58,332 nt of DNA from a virus (lineage: Duplodnaviria; Caudoviricetes). Below the pieces are notes generated by a model. The model searched no databases. It was not told the DNA's origin and saw only the letters and a list, made by a program, of their open reading frames with translations. A program made the position numbers and the translations under genes. The stretch is taken from the IMG/VR virus record IMGVR_UViG_3300037692_000546, positions 1 to 58,332 of that record, one strand, 5' to 3'. Below are positions 44,423 through 51,759 of this stretch, piece by piece (the stretch's first letter is position 1; every line of letters begins with the position of its first letter).

Positions 44423-44439
44423 TTCGTCCTCCTGTTAAT
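44335..44439 (+). repeat. attC site 6, right core missing
   Basis: AGCTAAC-CCGGC-GCTCAACGGCGGAC...GTCCTCCTGTTAAT; no GTT at the expected spacing. Confidence 0.55.
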
Positions 44440-44579
44440 TTGCCCCACAATCCATTCCCAACCGTCCGCCCTGCCGTATCCCTTCGCGTTGTGCCGTTCG
44501 TGCCTCCTGACCGGCAAGGCGTTCCGTCATTACCAGGCTGCTTTAAGAAAACAGCCCGGTAAGGAGAAACTTGACAAAG

Positions 44580-45029
44580 CTACTTTTCCCCTTCTTGGCG
44601 GGCGAGGATTTCGGCGGCCAAATAATTGATTGCTCCACGCAAATCGTTTATGGCAGCCTCGGTTGGCAGGCGCTGTGATTCCTGAGCTTTCTTCATCGCC
44701 TGGCCGATTGTATATCCGCTGCCAACCATGCGTCGGATCTGCAGGATCGGTTGCTGCAAAAAAGGCTTGTCAGTAGCATGGCGTTCTTTTCCTTTGCCGA
44801 ATTGTGCTTGGTTAAGGGCGTCAATAAGGACTTCGAAAAGCGGGTCGTAGCCGGCAGCGACGGTCACGTTCCGGTTGTGTAAGCCAGATTCTTCCGGTAG
44901 GGGGATTTCTTCAACCGTCTTCACCCCGACGTCGCTAGGCGATGAACAAGCGCACGGTTTGAGGCTGCCCAGGGGATAAGTCGCCTTGCGGGTGGATTTG
45001 TCTTCTTCAAGCCAGCTGTTTGTAGTCAT
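44580..45029 (-). CDS. conserved phage helical protein (possibly MazG-like fold)
   Basis: QA..GKGKERHA...PF..QP...GQA.KK..E...AINY. Confidence 0.55.
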   Translation of the reverse strand: MTTNSWLEEDKSTRKATYPLGSLKPCACSSPSDVGVKTVEEIPLPEESGLHNRNVTVAAGYDPLFEVLIDALNQAQFGKGKERHATDKPFLQQPILQIRRMVGSGYTIGQAMKKAQESQRLPTEAAINDLRGAINYLAAEILARQEGEK

Positions 45030-45083
45030 GGGAATATCCTTTGTGAAAGAGGGCAGGCCGAAACCCGCCCTGAATTATTGTTA

Positions 45084-45407
45084 TTACTGGAAGTGGGTCT
45101 GGCGTTCGTGTTCGGGAATTAAGCCATTTTCGACCACTTCACCGGTATCTTCCCGGTAGAGGGTTTTAGTATCTATCGCCCAATCATAACTCCAGGAGCA
45201 GGCGACTTCGCGCAATTCCTGCCCGGAATCGATTGCTTCGGAAAGTTCCGTGGCCCGGGTATCGAGTTCCTTAATGGCGGAGTTAAGGGCCTTACGTTGT
45301 TCAGCGAGGCGGGCGGCGTTGACCAGACAGGTGGCGAGTTCCCGCCCATAGGTTTCGATTTCGTGGTCAGTGAGAGTAATAGGCAGGGTACGGTAGTCTT
45401 TCTTCAT
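45084..45407 (-). CDS. hypothetical phage protein
   Basis: R.LP..LT..E...R.DTGEVV; start at ATG 45407 after AGGAG. Confidence 0.6.
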   Translation of the reverse strand: MKKDYRTLPITLTDHEIETYGRELATCLVNAARLAEQRKALNSAIKELDTRATELSEAIDSGQELREVACSWSYDWAIDTKTLYREDTGEVVENGLIPEHERQTHFQ

Positions 45408-45421
45408 AACATTCTCCTGGG

Positions 45422-45610
45422 TTATTTTGAAAAGGCGCCGATAAGCGCAGTTACTAAAATGAGAACCACAATAATCAGTGGAATCCAGACCGGCGCCAAG
45501 ACCCATAACCATGGCCACGAAATATATCCGGTCAATTTAAGGCCGATAAAAAGGACAGTGAGAAGTCCGGTAAAACCAATACCGCTGCTACTTAATGTTG
45601 ACCTTGCCAT
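45422..45610 (-). CDS. small two-TM phage membrane protein
   Basis: GIGF.GLLT..FI.LKL.G.I.W.W.WVLAP.WIP. Confidence 0.7.
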   Translation of the reverse strand: MARSTLSSSGIGFTGLLTVLFIGLKLTGYISWPWLWVLAPVWIPLIIVVLILVTALIGAFSK

Positions 45611-45625
45611 ATAGTGCTCCTTGAA

Positions 45626-46567
45626 TTAAAAGATGCAGGGCTCGCGATCTTCGGGCAACGATTTACCCTCTTGTTGCAATAAGGCCTTGTTTTGGCCGCA
45701 AATATTTCGTACCGGGCAGAAGCGTAAACAGCGGGTACGGCCGGTCATGCGTTTGACAATCTGGTGGGTGGCGTAAGACAGTTTTTTGTCGGTGAAAGCG
45801 GCCAATGCTTCATGCTCTGTGTCGAAGCAGGCGGTGGCACGTTGGGCGCCCTGTTTGAAAATAGCCCAATCCTTGATATCACTCCACATCTCTGTGTCGG
45901 AGCAGGGGAAGTGTTCCGTCAGTTCAGTGTCAGTTAAGGTCTCTGCGGTCAGCAGGCGCTGGACGCGCTCGGTGATATAGGCGAGCTGGCGGGCTTCGTT
46001 CCACAGCGGCAGATCGATCTGTACACTAGCGGATGAAGGGTAATTTTTTTTATAGGCTTCGGCTGGTTTGAAGTCAAAAATCAGAGCAATGACGGTCAGT
46101 TTCTTGACGGGAAAATCATTCTGCCTCAGCAGGTAGGCGTAGATGTTTTGGCCATTCTCCCATTCGATATAGTCACCCTTGATAATTTTATAAACCTTGG
46201 TGCTTTTGTAATCCCGCACTTCCTGGCGAGCAGCGGAATAGAGGTCGAGCTTGCCGGAAATGGTTTTGCCCAGCAGGTCCAGATAAAGACGCTTTTCGAC
46301 GAACGAGCCGTCGCCGTTATCTTGGGCGTGAAACGCTTCTTCAAGGACGCTGTGCGCAATCGAACCCAGAAACCGCCAGAACATATCGGACACGTCTTCG
46401 ATCACCAACTGATCCGGATAGCGCCGCTTGAGGATGATCATTTGGGTAGGAGCGGTCAGGGTGGAGGCGGACTCGTCAAAATCTCGTTCGTCTTCGTCAG
46501 TATAGCGATCTTTCAGAATCGCCGTAACGAGTTCAGGCGCCCAATTGAATTTGTTTGTGTACTGCAT
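45626..46567 (-). CDS. PD-(D/E)xK exonuclease (Cas4/RecB-like)
   Basis: G...H, E.RL, ISG..DL, DYKST, Q..Y, C-terminal RC..FCPV..IC. Confidence 0.8.
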   Translation of the reverse strand: MQYTNKFNWAPELVTAILKDRYTDEDERDFDESASTLTAPTQMIILKRRYPDQLVIEDVSDMFWRFLGSIAHSVLEEAFHAQDNGDGSFVEKRLYLDLLGKTISGKLDLYSAARQEVRDYKSTKVYKIIKGDYIEWENGQNIYAYLLRQNDFPVKKLTVIALIFDFKPAEAYKKNYPSSASVQIDLPLWNEARQLAYITERVQRLLTAETLTDTELTEHFPCSDTEMWSDIKDWAIFKQGAQRATACFDTEHEALAAFTDKKLSYATHQIVKRMTGRTRCLRFCPVRNICGQNKALLQQEGKSLPEDREPCIF

Positions 46568-46718
46568 CTTTCTTCTCCTTATGTTGAGCAATTAGTTGTT
46601 CGGCGAATTCGGGAAAATATTTAACAACACAATCGAGGCAGATGCCATCGCTATCGATCAGCGGGCTGTCTGTGTCGAAATGAATGATCCCACCGCACCA
46701 GCCACAACCGACGGTCAT
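46533..46718 (-). CDS. small zinc-finger protein
   Basis: CGWC...SDGICLDC. Confidence 0.55.
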   Translation of the reverse strand: MTVGCGWCGGIIHFDTDSPLIDSDGICLDCVVKYFPEFAEQLIAQHKEKKDAVHKQIQLGA

Positions 46719-47098
46719 CGGCGGGCCAGCTGTCGCGCAGAACGAAACGAACCAAACCGACGATAGATGGTGCTGATATCAATATCGCTCATGGTCTGAA
46801 AGAGAGTGCTGATCGGATACTTGCGAAGCTCGTTAAGCAGTTGAGTATCGCTGTATTTCGGGGCCCTGAAGCGGGGTTTGCCTTTAGGCCAACCCTTACC
46901 TTGCCCCTGACAGTCGCGACGGCGTGGGCGGGCAGGGAAGAGAATTTGATGCTGCTTACAGAGTGAACGGAAATGCGAGCGGTTGACATTTAACACCAGA
47001 GCAACAGTACGTTGACTGTAGCCCATTTCAATAAAGCCGATAACCACGTCGGCGAACGGTTCGTCATACTCCTTGGCGATCCTTTCCGTAATGGTCAT
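46715..47098 (-). CDS. HTH protein with homing-endonuclease-associated repeat
   Basis: GYSQRTVA.VLNV.RS HTH; KYSD..LL.EL...TIYRRFGS. Confidence 0.6.
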   Translation of the reverse strand: MTITERIAKEYDEPFADVVIGFIEMGYSQRTVALVLNVNRSHFRSLCKQHQILFPARPRRRDCQGQGKGWPKGKPRFRAPKYSDTQLLNELRKYPISTLFQTMSDIDISTIYRRFGSFRSARQLARR

Positions 47099-47110
47099 GA
47101 TATCCCTCCA

Positions 47111-47377
47111 TTAAAATAAATAGTATCCGCGTTCTTGGTTCTTCTTCTTCACTTGCTGGATCAGATCTTTGACATATTGTTCTCCCTTCTCCTTGGCGAG
47201 GACACGCAGATAGGTTTCAGCGCTGTGATAGGTGTCGACGACTTCTTGATGCGCATGTTCGATGTTGTCCTCTTCGTAAGCAAGCAGGACTTCATCACTC
47301 TCCGAGACCAGATGGTGGGCCTGTTCGGTCAGACTGTTGGTGCGGGCGAATTTGGTTTCGGGAAACTGCCAGTGCAT
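47111..47377 (-). CDS. MazG-like nucleotide pyrophosphohydrolase
   Basis: EQ..H..SE..E...E..D...KN..RGY. Confidence 0.55.
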   Translation of the reverse strand: MHWQFPETKFARTNSLTEQAHHLVSESDEVLLAYEEDNIEHAHQEVVDTYHSAETYLRVLAKEKGEQYVKDLIQQVKKKNQERGYYLF

Positions 47378-47394
47378 AAAAATATCCTTTGCGA

Positions 47395-47643
47395 TTATTT
47401 GATGCGTTCAATACATAACAACCAGCGAATTTCGCCTACCTTACAAGCCGCTACTGCGGTAAAAAGCTGCGTGCTGTATTCCCGCTCCTGTAAAGAGAGC
47501 GGGCGCCTGCTTTTCGGCGTGTTGATGATGCGCATTTGAGAACCATATCCTTCAATAGTTGTTTCCAGATAACGTCTTTCGCCAAGAGCAAACGTTTCAA
47601 GCCAGGCGTTATTGCTGCCCGGATTCGCATTTTGTCTTTTCAT
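47395..47643 (-). CDS. hypothetical phage protein
   Basis: RBS AGGAGG before ATG 47643. Confidence 0.55.
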   Translation of the reverse strand: MKRQNANPGSNNAWLETFALGERRYLETTIEGYGSQMRIINTPKSRRPLSLQEREYSTQLFTAVAACKVGEIRWLLCIERIK

Positions 47644-47757
47644 AATCCTCCTTTCGCTTCTCAATCTTTAAAAGGCGGTAGAGACCGCAATCACAAGACT
47701 GGCCTTTAAACAAAGCACAGTCGCTAAAATGTTTCAGATAGGGTTTCAGTTGATCGA

Positions 47758-47949
47758 TCAGGTCCATTTATACACCCGGTAGTCGCTCGTTTTAAAGCCG
47801 GTCAAGGCAGGCAGGCGGGCGAAGAGTCGGGCGGCACTCCGGATCTCGTCGCAAAAGGGTCCAGTAGCGCCGCAGTGGCCACAGGAATACTGATGCTGCC
47901 TACAGGTCGTCTTCAGGGTGGCCGAAGCGTCACAGAGCGGACAGCGCAT
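47758..47949 (-). CDS. Lar-like zinc-ribbon protein
   Basis: CPLC...CGHCGATGP. Confidence 0.5.
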   Translation of the reverse strand: MRCPLCDASATLKTTCRQHQYSCGHCGATGPFCDEIRSAARLFARLPALTGFKTSDYRVYKWT

Positions 47950-48402
47950 TCATCCCTCCAGATCGAGCGGCAGTACTTCGATAATGACTCCGGGGTGATC
48001 GCCATAGCGCTTGCTAGTGCGGGAAATCTGCGCCACCTGACTGTCGTCCTGCCAGACGACTCCGGTCAAGGCATCCTTCACACAGCGGATCAATTTATCG
48101 AGATCCGGTTTGTTGGTATGCCAGTACGGCGCGTCGTCTCTAAGCAGGGCGGCGTTCTTGCCGGTACGGTAATGACTCTTTGGGCGGGCGAGAACGAACT
48201 GTAGCGATAGCTTGAGCGGCCCGGTCAGCATTTCATTCACATGCTCCTGCGCGGTGACGCCAATCATCGACGCCCAGGGCTTTTGTTTTTCGCGATTGGT
48301 CTGGGTGACGATGGCGCGGTTGGTGCCTTTGATGACGAACGCCTTGGCACTGCCTTTCGGCACCGGATTGCCGGCAACGAAGAAGATCATTTGTTCACTC
48401 AT
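47950..48402 (-). CDS. rusA: RusA family Holliday junction resolvase
   Basis: G.PVPKG, F...RPKSH, KPDLDKL.R.V.DAL.G.VW.DDSQV, KRY. Confidence 0.9.
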   Translation of the reverse strand: MSEQMIFFVAGNPVPKGSAKAFVIKGTNRAIVTQTNREKQKPWASMIGVTAQEHVNEMLTGPLKLSLQFVLARPKSHYRTGKNAALLRDDAPYWHTNKPDLDKLIRCVKDALTGVVWQDDSQVAQISRTSKRYGDHPGVIIEVLPLDLEG

Positions 48403-48748
48403 TTCCCCCTCACTTTCGCCAGCAGGTTGCCGAGGGTACAATTATTAGTGTGACCGTCCCTGAACCATCCATCGCAAACATGGCAATCGTTTTGCTTGTT
48501 GAATATTAAGGCTTCCAATTCTTCCAGCATGGCGAGTATTTCTTTATTTTGATCTTCTTTCTCCGTTGCGACCATTTCCATGCTTAGAATTTTGTCTTCC
48601 GCTTTTTCGGCACGTTCAACGGCCTTCAAGTAGCAGTCCCAACATGCAAGATGCGTCTGGCCTGATTCGTTATAGCTTCCCGACCCACATTTTTTACATA
48701 TAACCGGCTCACTCATTTCCCCCTCACTTTCGCCATCAGATTGCCGAG
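48395..48748. repeat. 40-bp direct repeat at consecutive gene boundaries (48395-48434 and 48709-48748)
   Basis: TCACTCATTTCCCCCTCACTTTCGCCA(G/T)CAG(G/A)TTGCCGAG. Confidence 0.8.
48399..48716 (-). CDS. hypothetical phage protein
   Basis: CKKC...CWDC...CHVC; ATGA-coupled start at 48716. Confidence 0.55.
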   Translation of the reverse strand: MSEPVICKKCGSGSYNESGQTHLACWDCYLKAVERAEKAEDKILSMEMVATEKEDQNKEILAMLEELEALIFNKQNDCHVCDGWFRDGHTNNCTLGNLLAKVRGK

Positions 48749-49021
48749 TTTGCAGTCTTCTGTGTGGACGCCGAAACAACGCTCACAGATCGGGCAAAAA
48801 GTAATCCGTCCTCCATTGGTCAGTTCGCCTTCCCCGCTCCACTCCAACTCTTCCAGCATGGCGAGCATTTCCGGTGCGGAGACGATTAGACGAGCGTCCG
48901 CCTCTTTATGGACAACCTCTGCGACAAATTCACCATCGACCCCATAATGGATTACATACATTGCATAACCTTTAGGATCGATTCTTTTATAGGCGGTCCA
49001 TGTCCCAGTCGTATGTTTCAT
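48713..49021 (-). CDS. conserved phage protein (KHT.G.W...ARLI..APE family)
   Basis: Motif match; same family as 54233-54532. Confidence 0.6.
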   Translation of the reverse strand: MKHTTGTWTAYKRIDPKGYAMYVIHYGVDGEFVAEVVHKEADARLIVSAPEMLAMLEELEWSGEGELTNGGRITFCPICERCFGVHTEDCKLGNLMAKVRGK

Positions 49022-49299
49022 TTCTCCACTCCAATCATCCCTTCAAGTCGTTTCAATTTCCTCTCAACCGCATCCTGGATTACATCGTCACCGAAGATCA
49101 GTCGGGGGTAAGCGGTGACAATTTCCACGCCTGCGAGTTCGTCAATCATGGCGGCGCGGTTTTCGTCTGTCATGAGATTGAGCCACCGGACTATTGCCGC
49201 TGCCGCTTCCGCGAATTCCTCCGCTGTTTTCATCATCTGTCGGCGGGAACCCCATTCAAGTAGCGCCATTTCCTGTGTTGTCATTTTTCGCGTTGCCAT
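49018..49299 (-). CDS. MazG-like protein
   Basis: WG...Q..K..EE.AE...DELA.V.I...K..RL. Confidence 0.6.
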   Translation of the reverse strand: MATRKMTTQEMALLEWGSRRQMMKTAEEFAEAAAAIVRWLNLMTDENRAAMIDELAGVEIVTAYPRLIFGDDVIQDAVERKLKRLEGMIGVEK

Positions 49300-49484
49300 T
49301 TTTCAAATGCCTCCCATGTTTTTTTAGACGGTGTGCGGATTGGATTCAATGCCGCTTCGCTTCGGTAAAACGTTGGCCCGTGGTGGTTGTGCCACTCCAT
49401 CCAAACGCAAGCGCCGTATGGTTTGAGATTGACCCAATAAGCCGGTCCGCAAATGAAGCCGTGTTCGATTCGTATACAGGTCAT
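49281..49484 (-). CDS. hypothetical phage protein
   Basis: Operonic. Confidence 0.5.
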   Translation of the reverse strand: MTCIRIEHGFICGPAYWVNLKPYGACVWMEWHNHHGPTFYRSEAALNPIRTPSKKTWEAFEKWQREK

Positions 49485-49699
49485 ATATTTTCCCCGAAAA
49501 TTACAAACTTTAATCTTTCAAGAAACGTCATCTTCAAAGACTTTTTTTGCTTCAGGCATCTCGCATAATGACCATCATGGAATCCGGCCTGGTAATTCGC
49601 TAGCATCGGATGAGCAACCCACTGCACATGGTTATCAAGCAGGCCGTCATCGAAACCCTGTTGATATGCTGATAATTTTCGTTGGCTTGATTTGCTCAT
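49481..49699 (-). CDS. hypothetical phage protein
   Basis: Y..GF.DG x2; RBS GGAGG. Confidence 0.5.
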   Translation of the reverse strand: MSKSSQRKLSAYQQGFDDGLLDNHVQWVAHPMLANYQAGFHDGHYARCLKQKKSLKMTFLERLKFVIFGENI

Positions 49700-49838
49700 T
49701 TCTTGCCTCCTCTAGTTTCGCGGATCGCCTGAAAGAAAGCCTTGTTCCAGTCCGGGGGCGGGATCTGTTCGGCGAGCTGCAGCAGTTTGAGCGGGTAGGG
49801 CATGAGACGGACAATCTCCCGAACCAGCTTCTCCATGA

Positions 49839-50147
49839 TTACTCCCACGGTGGGACAGAGCCCGCATAAAAGATCGTTCCGAGCGGCGGATTGAAGGCGG
49901 ACTTGCGACCCGGGGTGGACATGATTTGTTGCTTTGCTGATTTCTTTTTGGCGGGTTTTTGGACGACTGGTGTTTTGGGCAGAAAGCGTTGTTGAAGGCG
50001 AAGCAGGTGATGGCGTTGTTTAATGGAAAGTTTGCGATCTTTGATCAGAAGCTGTTTGTCTAGGCTATATAGAAACTTGCGTTCCCAATCACTCATCTTT
50101 TTCGAGTAGACCTTTAATTCTCCGATCAAGAGGATGAAGCAGTCCAT
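49839..50147 (-). CDS. hypothetical phage protein
   Basis: MSDWERKFL.SL...LS.KQ motif. Confidence 0.55.
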   Translation of the reverse strand: MDCFILLIGELKVYSKKMSDWERKFLYSLDKQLLIKDRKLSIKQRHHLLRLQQRFLPKTPVVQKPAKKKSAKQQIMSTPGRKSAFNPPLGTIFYAGSVPPWE

Positions 50148-50499
50148 TTCTACCTTCCTTTTGCCTGGTCTTCCTTCTTGGTTTTCCTTCTGCTCTTTGG
50201 TGAAGGCTTAGATCCTTTTGGCGCAACTTCTCCATAGTCCCCCTCCTCCGTCAAGAAGAGGGGAATTACGGATATGCTCCACGGAGCCAGGATGAGTCCC
50301 CCGAGCGCACAGTGACAGGTTCATCTTCACTGTTGGGTGTCTTGTTCTTTTTCGGCATGGAACGCCTAGATATCGTGAGCACACCCCACCAGATTTCTCT
50401 GGCCTATCCCCGCTCACCCCTCCTGTGATATCTGTCCCCGGTGGAGGTTTTGTCTGCTTGCACCGCCGTGTCGTTTTCACTTCCCAGCACAAGGTCTTG

Positions 50500-50621
50500 A
50501 AAAAGCAAAAGCCACGCTCAAGGGCTGGGGCAGCAGCTGGCTTGATTGTGGCTTTTAGCTTCGATCCGAAGATCTCAGCTATTTTTATGATAACACAACC
50601 TAGCCCGTTGTGTTCTTGACA
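50500..50621 (-). ncRNA. candidate structured small RNA or leader
   Basis: Downstream of a promoter; three hairpins, the last followed by a U-tract. Confidence 0.45.
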
Positions 50622-50627
50622 AGCAAG

Positions 50628-50656
50628 AGATTACTGATTCATGAGATAAAAGGCAA
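50628..50656 (-). promoter_or_regulatory. sigma70-like promoter
   Basis: - strand TTGCCT-17 bp-TAATCT. Confidence 0.55.
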
Positions 50657-50669
50657 GCATTTTTTGGAT

Positions 50670-50727
50670 AAAAAAAGGCTCACACTGTCAAGTGCCGGCC
50701 AGGGCAAGGAGGGAGACAATGTGAGCC
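50670..50727 (-). terminator. terminator with a long anti-SD-containing loop
   Basis: GGCTCACATTGTC...GACAGTGTGAGCC-TTTTTTT. Confidence 0.6.
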
Positions 50728-50766
50728 AAGGAGGAATCTGGATTGTGCCGTAGAAAAACGGACTCG

Positions 50767-51099
50767 TCAACCGTCTTCCTGTGCCGAACGGATTTCAACA
50801 ACTTCTCCACCGCCATCGAAGGTGTAGGCGATCATCGGCGGCACCAGAGTTGTTCCTAAAAACGCCTTGATCTCCCGGGCATGTAGCGACACCCCCTTCT
50901 CCTTATACTTATCGACCAGGCTGATATGGTTCGAGACAAAGGCCGCCGGCTTGTCGTCTTGGAACAAGCAGGCGATCACTTGGGTGTCTGTACCCAACAT
51001 ATAATCGATGACTGATTTACCGAGCAGATCCTGCGCCGGGATTGGTGTCCATTTCGGCCGGCCGTCAACAACAGCCAGTTGTTTGATTTCTACCCGCAT
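50767..51099 (-). CDS. hypothetical protein
   Basis: Start at ATG 51099 after AAGGAG. Confidence 0.55.
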   Translation of the reverse strand: MRVEIKQLAVVDGRPKWTPIPAQDLLGKSVIDYMLGTDTQVIACLFQDDKPAAFVSNHISLVDKYKEKGVSLHAREIKAFLGTTLVPPMIAYTFDGGGEVVEIRSAQEDG

Positions 51100-51109
51100 T
51101 ACTACTCCT

Positions 51110-51580
51110 TTAGGCAATAAGGGTTCTAATAGCTTCATGGAAGGACAAATTATCGCGGGTCATAAGCACCCCTATGGCATCATGGTATTTCCCGCAAGCT
51201 GCGCACCATGCAAGGCCTGTCCGCGTCATATAGGTCAGTGAGGGGTTACGGTCCTGATGACACCAGGCATGTGCCTTGCCGAAGCGGTTGAATTGTACCA
51301 CTTCGGTGACTGGAATGTTTCTGGCCTGTTCAATCATTTCGTCGGTGATTGAATTTTGGTAGGCGGGCAGAAGCGGTTCAAATCTTTCATTCCGTTCCAA
51401 ATAGGCCAGCTCCTCCATTACTTCCCTGGACCAGAACAGAGCAACTGGCGAACCATCGAGGATTAAAGCGCCGAGGACCGGCAAGAGATATCGTCTTCGC
51501 ATCCGCGAGGCCGCCAGTCTGGAGATCCCCAACTCCTTCGCCCGCCGAAAGGTCAGGTTGCGATCGGTTAAGGCAAACAT
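51110..51580 (-). CDS. CHC2 zinc-finger (primase-type) protein without TOPRIM
   Basis: CH.D..PSL...WC..CG...DAI...M....SF.EA...L. Confidence 0.8.
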   Translation of the reverse strand: MFALTDRNLTFRRAKELGISRLAASRMRRRYLLPVLGALILDGSPVALFWSREVMEELAYLERNERFEPLLPAYQNSITDEMIEQARNIPVTEVVQFNRFGKAHAWCHQDRNPSLTYMTRTGLAWCAACGKYHDAIGVLMTRDNLSFHEAIRTLIA

Positions 51581-51589
51581 GACAGCCTC

Positions 51590-51745
51590 CTAAAGCGGTC
51601 GCCCTTCTTCTTCGTAATCTTCCACGCAGAGTTCGCAATAACGCCGGCCGCAATAAATCGCCATGGTGTCGCCGGGTTCAATGATTTCGCCACATTCGAA
51701 ACAGGTTTCGGTATGTTTGGAAACAGCGCGAGGTAATTGGTTCAT
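51590..51745 (-). CDS. zinc-finger micro-protein (51 aa)
   Basis: Manual translation ...CFECGEIIEPGD...YCELC; RBS AGGAG. Confidence 0.55.
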   Translation of the reverse strand: MNQLPRAVSKHTETCFECGEIIEPGDTMAIYCGRRYCELCVEDYEEEGRPL

Positions 51746-51759
51746 ATAATCTCCTGAGC

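Larger units (their letters stand above)
42744..44439 (+). mobile_element. integron-type gene cassette array (6 cassettes, no intI; CALIN-like)
   Basis: Five complete and one truncated attC; each cassette's left core is the reverse complement of its right core. Confidence 0.85.

Noticed and set aside
42744-44439. CRISPR array or REP elements
   Set aside because: The repeats are variable-length imperfect palindromes with AAC/GTT cores separated by whole genes, not identical repeats with short spacers.
44443-44500. Possible seventh attC (CCACAAT...GTTGTGC)
   Set aside because: The left core lacks AAC and no convincing internal L-box pairing was found.
42742-44629. + strand ORFs crossing the cassette array (42742, 43291, 43915, 44174)
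   Set aside because: They run through attC sites and lack clear RBSs, whereas the - strand ORFs have RBSs and fit cassette boundaries.
45626-46567. CRISPR-associated Cas4
   Set aside because: No cas genes or array; solo Cas4/RecB-like nucleases are ordinary phage recombination genes.
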